Positions 59,539 to 64,000 of a DNA stretch of 64,000 nt are shown in pieces. The DNA is from the human T2T-CHM13v2.0 reference genome, Homo sapiens: the NCBI RefSeq assembly GCF_009914755.1, contig NC_060930.1. One strand, 5' to 3'. The position numbers were made by a program, and so were the translations under genes. How positions within the stretch are numbered: the stretch's first letter is position 1; each line of letters opens with the position of its first letter. The notes beneath the pieces were generated by a model. The model worked only from the letters and a program-made list of their open reading frames with translations. It had not been told where the DNA came from and made no database searches.

Positions 59539-60687
59539 CTAAAATAGAAAAGAATCCTGCCTCTGTGTGTTAAATAAAGACCACAAGTTACAACAGCCAG
59601 CCTCAAAGTATTCCATGGGCCTCTCCCCAGACACTCATTCTACTTTTCTGGAATCTTAATCCCATTCTGCACCTTTTGATCAGGCCAAGCCCCAGACCAT
59701 GGGTGACTTATCAAAAGGGCTGGAATTTGCACCGTGCCCCATACCCCCATCTCACTGGCCACTTGTAGGCTGGATTATGGGACTAACACTTCAACACTCC
59801 CAAGTGGAGGCCTGTGAGTGGTTCATGGTCTCCATCACAGGCAAGGTGCCACAAGTCAAGTGGGAGGTCAAGCAGAACACACCAAGCGGCTCCTGTCTCT
59901 GGCTCTTCCCAGCTCCATGTTAACAGAAATATCCTTCTTCACTCCACAGCACCAGGCTTAATTTTTTTTTTAAATATAGACATGAGTTTCTGAGTTCTCC
60001 TTCCCTTCTGCATAGCCTTTCCTTTATGGGGTGGTTTTGCCTTGCCTTCTCACTGACTTCCTATTTCACCCAGGAGGCAGCTCCTACCTGTTCTGCAAGC
60101 CTCCAGGGGGCTTCTCATCTTCCAGTCTGACCAGGTTGCCTTTTATCAATCTCCAGGCTCACTGTCTCCAGGGGTCTGCTTTTAGGGACAGCAGTAGGCC
60201 CCAGCCCTTCCACCCATTTCCAAGTTAACTTGGACAGTTACTAAGATTAATTAGTATTCTCTGCTCCCAGCCTAATTTCCCATCATATGTGTCTCGACCC
60301 CTAATTTGTTACCAATCTTAGCTAAAAATTATAAAATAGTAGCTATGTAAGCCCTCGGTGATCTCTCTACCTGATCTTACCCCTCAATTCCCCCAACCCT
60401 CCCACTAATTCCTGGAATGGCAGAGGTCCCTCACTGCACTCCCAGCCTGCCCTGCCAACCTTGTGTAGTTTCTACTCCAAAACCTTCTTTCCCCCTTCCA
60501 GAGTATCAGGAGTAACAAAACGTACTTTTCTCACATGGCATTTCTAAAACCTGACCTATCCTATAGCTAACTGTCTTATGGAGAACAAGTGTCAAATACT
60601 AATTAACATAAAAATATTAATAGATAAATAGGGCTGAGTGCATGATACCTCGTGAAGTTATTTTAACAAAAGAAATGTTTTTAATAC

Positions 60688-60940
60688 CAGAATTTCCAAG
60701 TACCCAGGGACATGATTGGCCAAAGAAAAATTTATTTAGAGGCTAAAGGTCCTTTCCTTTTCATATACTCATGCCAGTCATTATTCTATATGAATGATCC
60801 TATTTGGCTTCATGTCAACTTTTCTGGAGGTCATGTGGTGGCCATCCTCATTTCCGCTGGAACTCACACTCTTCCAGGTATGGATGGCTGTCATCAGTGC
60901 TACTACTGCTCTCTCAAGGTGGCCGTATGATGCAATGGAA
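60688..60940 (-). pseudogene. Relic exon, module A second RGS repeat
   Basis: SYGHLERAVVA/DDSHPYLEE...HDLQKS vs recalled RGSL1 SLGYIHLALCADACAGNPFRD...WQDLQHF; donor CTG|GTATTA; acceptor not clear. Confidence 0.5.
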
Positions 60941-61434
60941 ATAATCCAACAGACTCGGGTTCCAGGACCAAGTTCACCACCTACTAGCCTGGCAATCTTG
61001 GCCAAGTTAGTAACTTATTTGAGGCCGCAGTGTCCTGATCTGTAAAATGGAAATTTATTACCTACTTCCGAGTTACTGAGCAGATTGAATGAGGCAACAC
61101 ATGCATTTGTTTCATGCAGTAGTTGCCTTTAAAGCTAGCGATCAGTAGTTCTTTGAATCATGGTTTTTTTTTAACATAAATGTCTGATAATTACAGTAAA
61201 TATGGATTAACTTGCTTGTGACTTGTCATTTTTCAATAATAGTTGCTTCAGTCAGCACTGCAGAACTAGCAAATAACAGCCTACCTGCTTGATTTAAGTG
61301 CTAAAAAATTCAGGATAATATTGAGATCATTTGAAATTCAATTTTTGGCTTATTCTGGACTACTTAGTGTCCCTAATATGGGAAGTTTGGAAATAAATGG
61401 AAAAGATGTGGGAAATGAAAACATGGAATGTCTT

Positions 61435-61744
61435 GGCCGGGCGCGGTGGCTCACTCCTGTAATCCCAGCACTTTGGGAGGCCGAGGCGGGTGGATCACGA
61501 GGTCAGGAGATCGAGGCCATCCTGGCTAATGTGGTGAAATCCCGTCTCTACTAAAAATACAAAAAAAAAAAATTAGCCAGGCGTCGTGGCGGGCATCTGT
61601 AGTCCTAGCTACTCAGGAGGCTGAGGCAGGAGAATGGCGTGAACCCGGGAGTCGGAGGTTGAGTGAGCCGAGATCGTGCCACTGCACTCCAGCCTGGGCG
61701 ACTGAGCAAGACACCATCTCAAAAACAAAACAAAACAAAACAAA
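61435..61744 (+). mobile_element. AluY
   Basis: Y diagnostics (atcctggctaa, ggcgtgaacccggg); TSD aaaacatggaa(t/c)gtctt. Confidence 0.92.
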
Positions 61745-61805
61745 AAAACATGGAACGTCTTAATATCACTCTTCCTGTTAAAGACAAGAATTGCCTCCAC
61801 ATTCA

Positions 61806-61918
61806 CCTTTTGAATATAAAGGTTAGCTAGCTTTTAAGTAGCACAAACACTGATTTTCTAACCTGTCCCTTGAGAATATTCACCATAAAAGGATAAGACT
61901 CACTGTGAAGAAGTCTTC
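61806..61918 (-). pseudogene. Relic exon, module A first RGS repeat (end)
   Basis: TTATTTAG acceptor; NILKGQVRKSVFVLLKS*LTF vs recalled RGSL1 EILSHMQKVALFKLQSYWLPNF, with TAG at the W position. Confidence 0.6.
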
Positions 61919-62129
61919 CTAAATAACAAACCTAAATTTCCCTTTTTCTCGACAATTCCAAAGGATCCTAATATATTCATGAATGAATGCTTGATCTGTG
62001 AAATGTCCTATTTCTGTATAATAAATAGTCTTCTAAGTATACCTTAGGAAAAGATAGCAGTTATTGATTTTTTAAATCTATCAGGAAAGGAAAATATATT
62101 TGGCTAAAGCTGTCGCCTACTACTCTTAC

Positions 62130-62293
62130 ACTAGTGATTGCTCTCTCCTCACCATGCCAGTCACTCAAAATTTGCTTTATAGATTCTTCTGTCAGTGTGT
62201 TTTCATATAAAAGTCAAAAATCTTCTCACTTCCTGGACTAGGAAAAGATATGCCAATATTTTCTTTATTTCCCTTGGAGTCACTGTTGTAAAT
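62130..62293 (-). pseudogene. Relic exon, module A first RGS repeat (start)
   Basis: Branch-like ACTAAC plus CACAG acceptor; GTAAGA donor; ISFPSPGSEKIFDFYM vs recalled RGSL1 ISFIKSPEGGEELVDFWI. Confidence 0.65.
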
Positions 62294-62439
62294 CTGTGGC
62301 AAGTTAGTTGGTTAGAAAGTTAAAAATTATTAAAAGGTGGATATTATTTATTACCCCTGTTTCAGAGTTGAGGTTTTCCAGGCTCTGGGAGATGCCAGTT
62401 GTGCCAAAAGTCATCTAGGTCCAGGGGTAGAATTGAGAT

Positions 62440-62577
62440 GAAAACCCTGGCAAATCTGTTATGATACTACTCTGATGTACTGATGTTGGTATCACAGACT
62501 GGTCGCGTAGAAGCCAGTCAACTTTGTATTGTTTGCTTCACCTGAACCATAGCCAGGTATCATCCTTCCAGAGTGTG
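62440..62577 (-). pseudogene. Relic exon, module A N-terminal domain (3' boundary uncertain)
   Basis: FR*SKQY/KLTGFYATSL*YQH (one frameshift) vs recalled RGSL1 LTWLEKCRLPFFCKTNLCFHY; the stops fall at the W and C positions. Confidence 0.55.
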
Positions 62578-62964
62578 CTGTTGTCACGAGTGGTGCCAAG
62601 TGAGACAGCAAAAGAGCAGCACACACAGCCTCTGCTGGAACCAGCCTGCAGAGTGAATGCTCCAGGAATGCAGTGGCTGGCTGACTTGTTTTCTCTATTA
62701 TTTAGACTCTGGTCTTCCTCTTTGTATTTCAGAAAAACAAACAAACAAACAAACAAAAAACCTAATATGTCTAATTCTGAGTTCACTTTCCCCATTTGCC
62801 TACACAGACTTCCCCTTCTGGCTTTAGTCACCTTTGATGAAACTTCATCCCTCTTTCCACCACTCAGGAGATCACAACTCTTCCTTTCAAGGATCTTCGT
62901 TCCTTCATTTCTACTCCTGCTGCCTCCACCTTGGTCCTGTGTGTTAGAGCTCCTTTTCTTCTCT

Positions 62965-63337
<373 letters not shown>

Positions 63338-63639
63338 CTACACTAATTTCTCACTCTCCAGAACCTTCCTACCACCACCCTCAACACACACAGATACTCA
63401 CAGACAAACTTCCCAATCTATCCAGTTTATGTCCCTTGGTGCTTCCAGATTAAATCAGCCTGAAGTCCAATTGGTGTGGTGGAAAAAGCACAGTGTGTGG
63501 AGTCAAAAGACCTTGTTCTAGTACTGGCTCTACTACTAATACATTATTTGACTTTAGTTGAGTTATAGAAAAGGTTGAATTGAAAAGCTGAAGTAGAGAA
63601 GTCAGTCAAGTGAAGCAGCAGCTGAGGATGCATATCAGA

Positions 63640-63950
63640 ATGGCCCAATCTGCTGCTTATTTTTTCTAAGCCTCGCCATCTAGATCCATTCTTTGCCCTG
63701 ATTGGTGTCCCAGGAGGCTGACCCCTGTAGACTGTATCATTGGATTCCTCTGATGGCTGTCTTCCTCTTGGGCAATGGGAGGTAGAGACAGAGAAGCAGA
63801 GACAGAGGGCAAGGGAGGAGAAAGAAATTGGAGTATTTCTCCTCTGCTATCTCTCTCCTGTTGAGAAGACTCTCTTACAAGATTCCAGCTCTCACTGGAC
63901 TCTGGTAACATTATTTCCTTCGCTTGCCTGTGCAGACCTAAGGGCACTAA
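63640..63950. mobile_element. Old ERVL-class LTR fragment
   Basis: ccaggaggctgacccctgtagactgtatca motif. Confidence 0.5.
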
Positions 63951-64000
63951 TTCTTAGAGCGATGTGGCTCTTAAAGTGTTGTCCTCAGACCAGCAGCATC

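Overview
Primate (human-like) genomic DNA: AT-rich, with Alu (J/S/Y), L1, L2, MIR, MaLR/ERVL LTRs, MER elements, a near full-length Tigger1 and one CpG-rich island (~56.2-56.8 kb). No intact protein-coding gene is visible; the listed ORFs are repeat-derived or chance. The main hidden signal is a minus-strand chain of about 35 AG..GT-bounded exon-like segments spread across almost the whole window (~63.3 kb down to ~2.4 kb). Their translations are riddled with stops and frameshifts but repeatedly give RGS-fold motifs of the RGS22/RGSL1 type, and many junctions are phase-compatible. I interpret this as the fossil (unprocessed, probably unitary pseudogene) of a giant gene built from about four tandem 'N-terminal domain + RGS repeats' modules. 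A second clear signal is a ~1.2 kb inversion that broke a THE1 retroelement, supported by a matching 5-bp target-site duplication and a ~54-bp inverted duplication at the breakpoints. RGS22/RGSL1 reference motifs are quoted from memory and all alignments were made by eye; no database search was run. Repeat subfamily names and boundaries are approximate.
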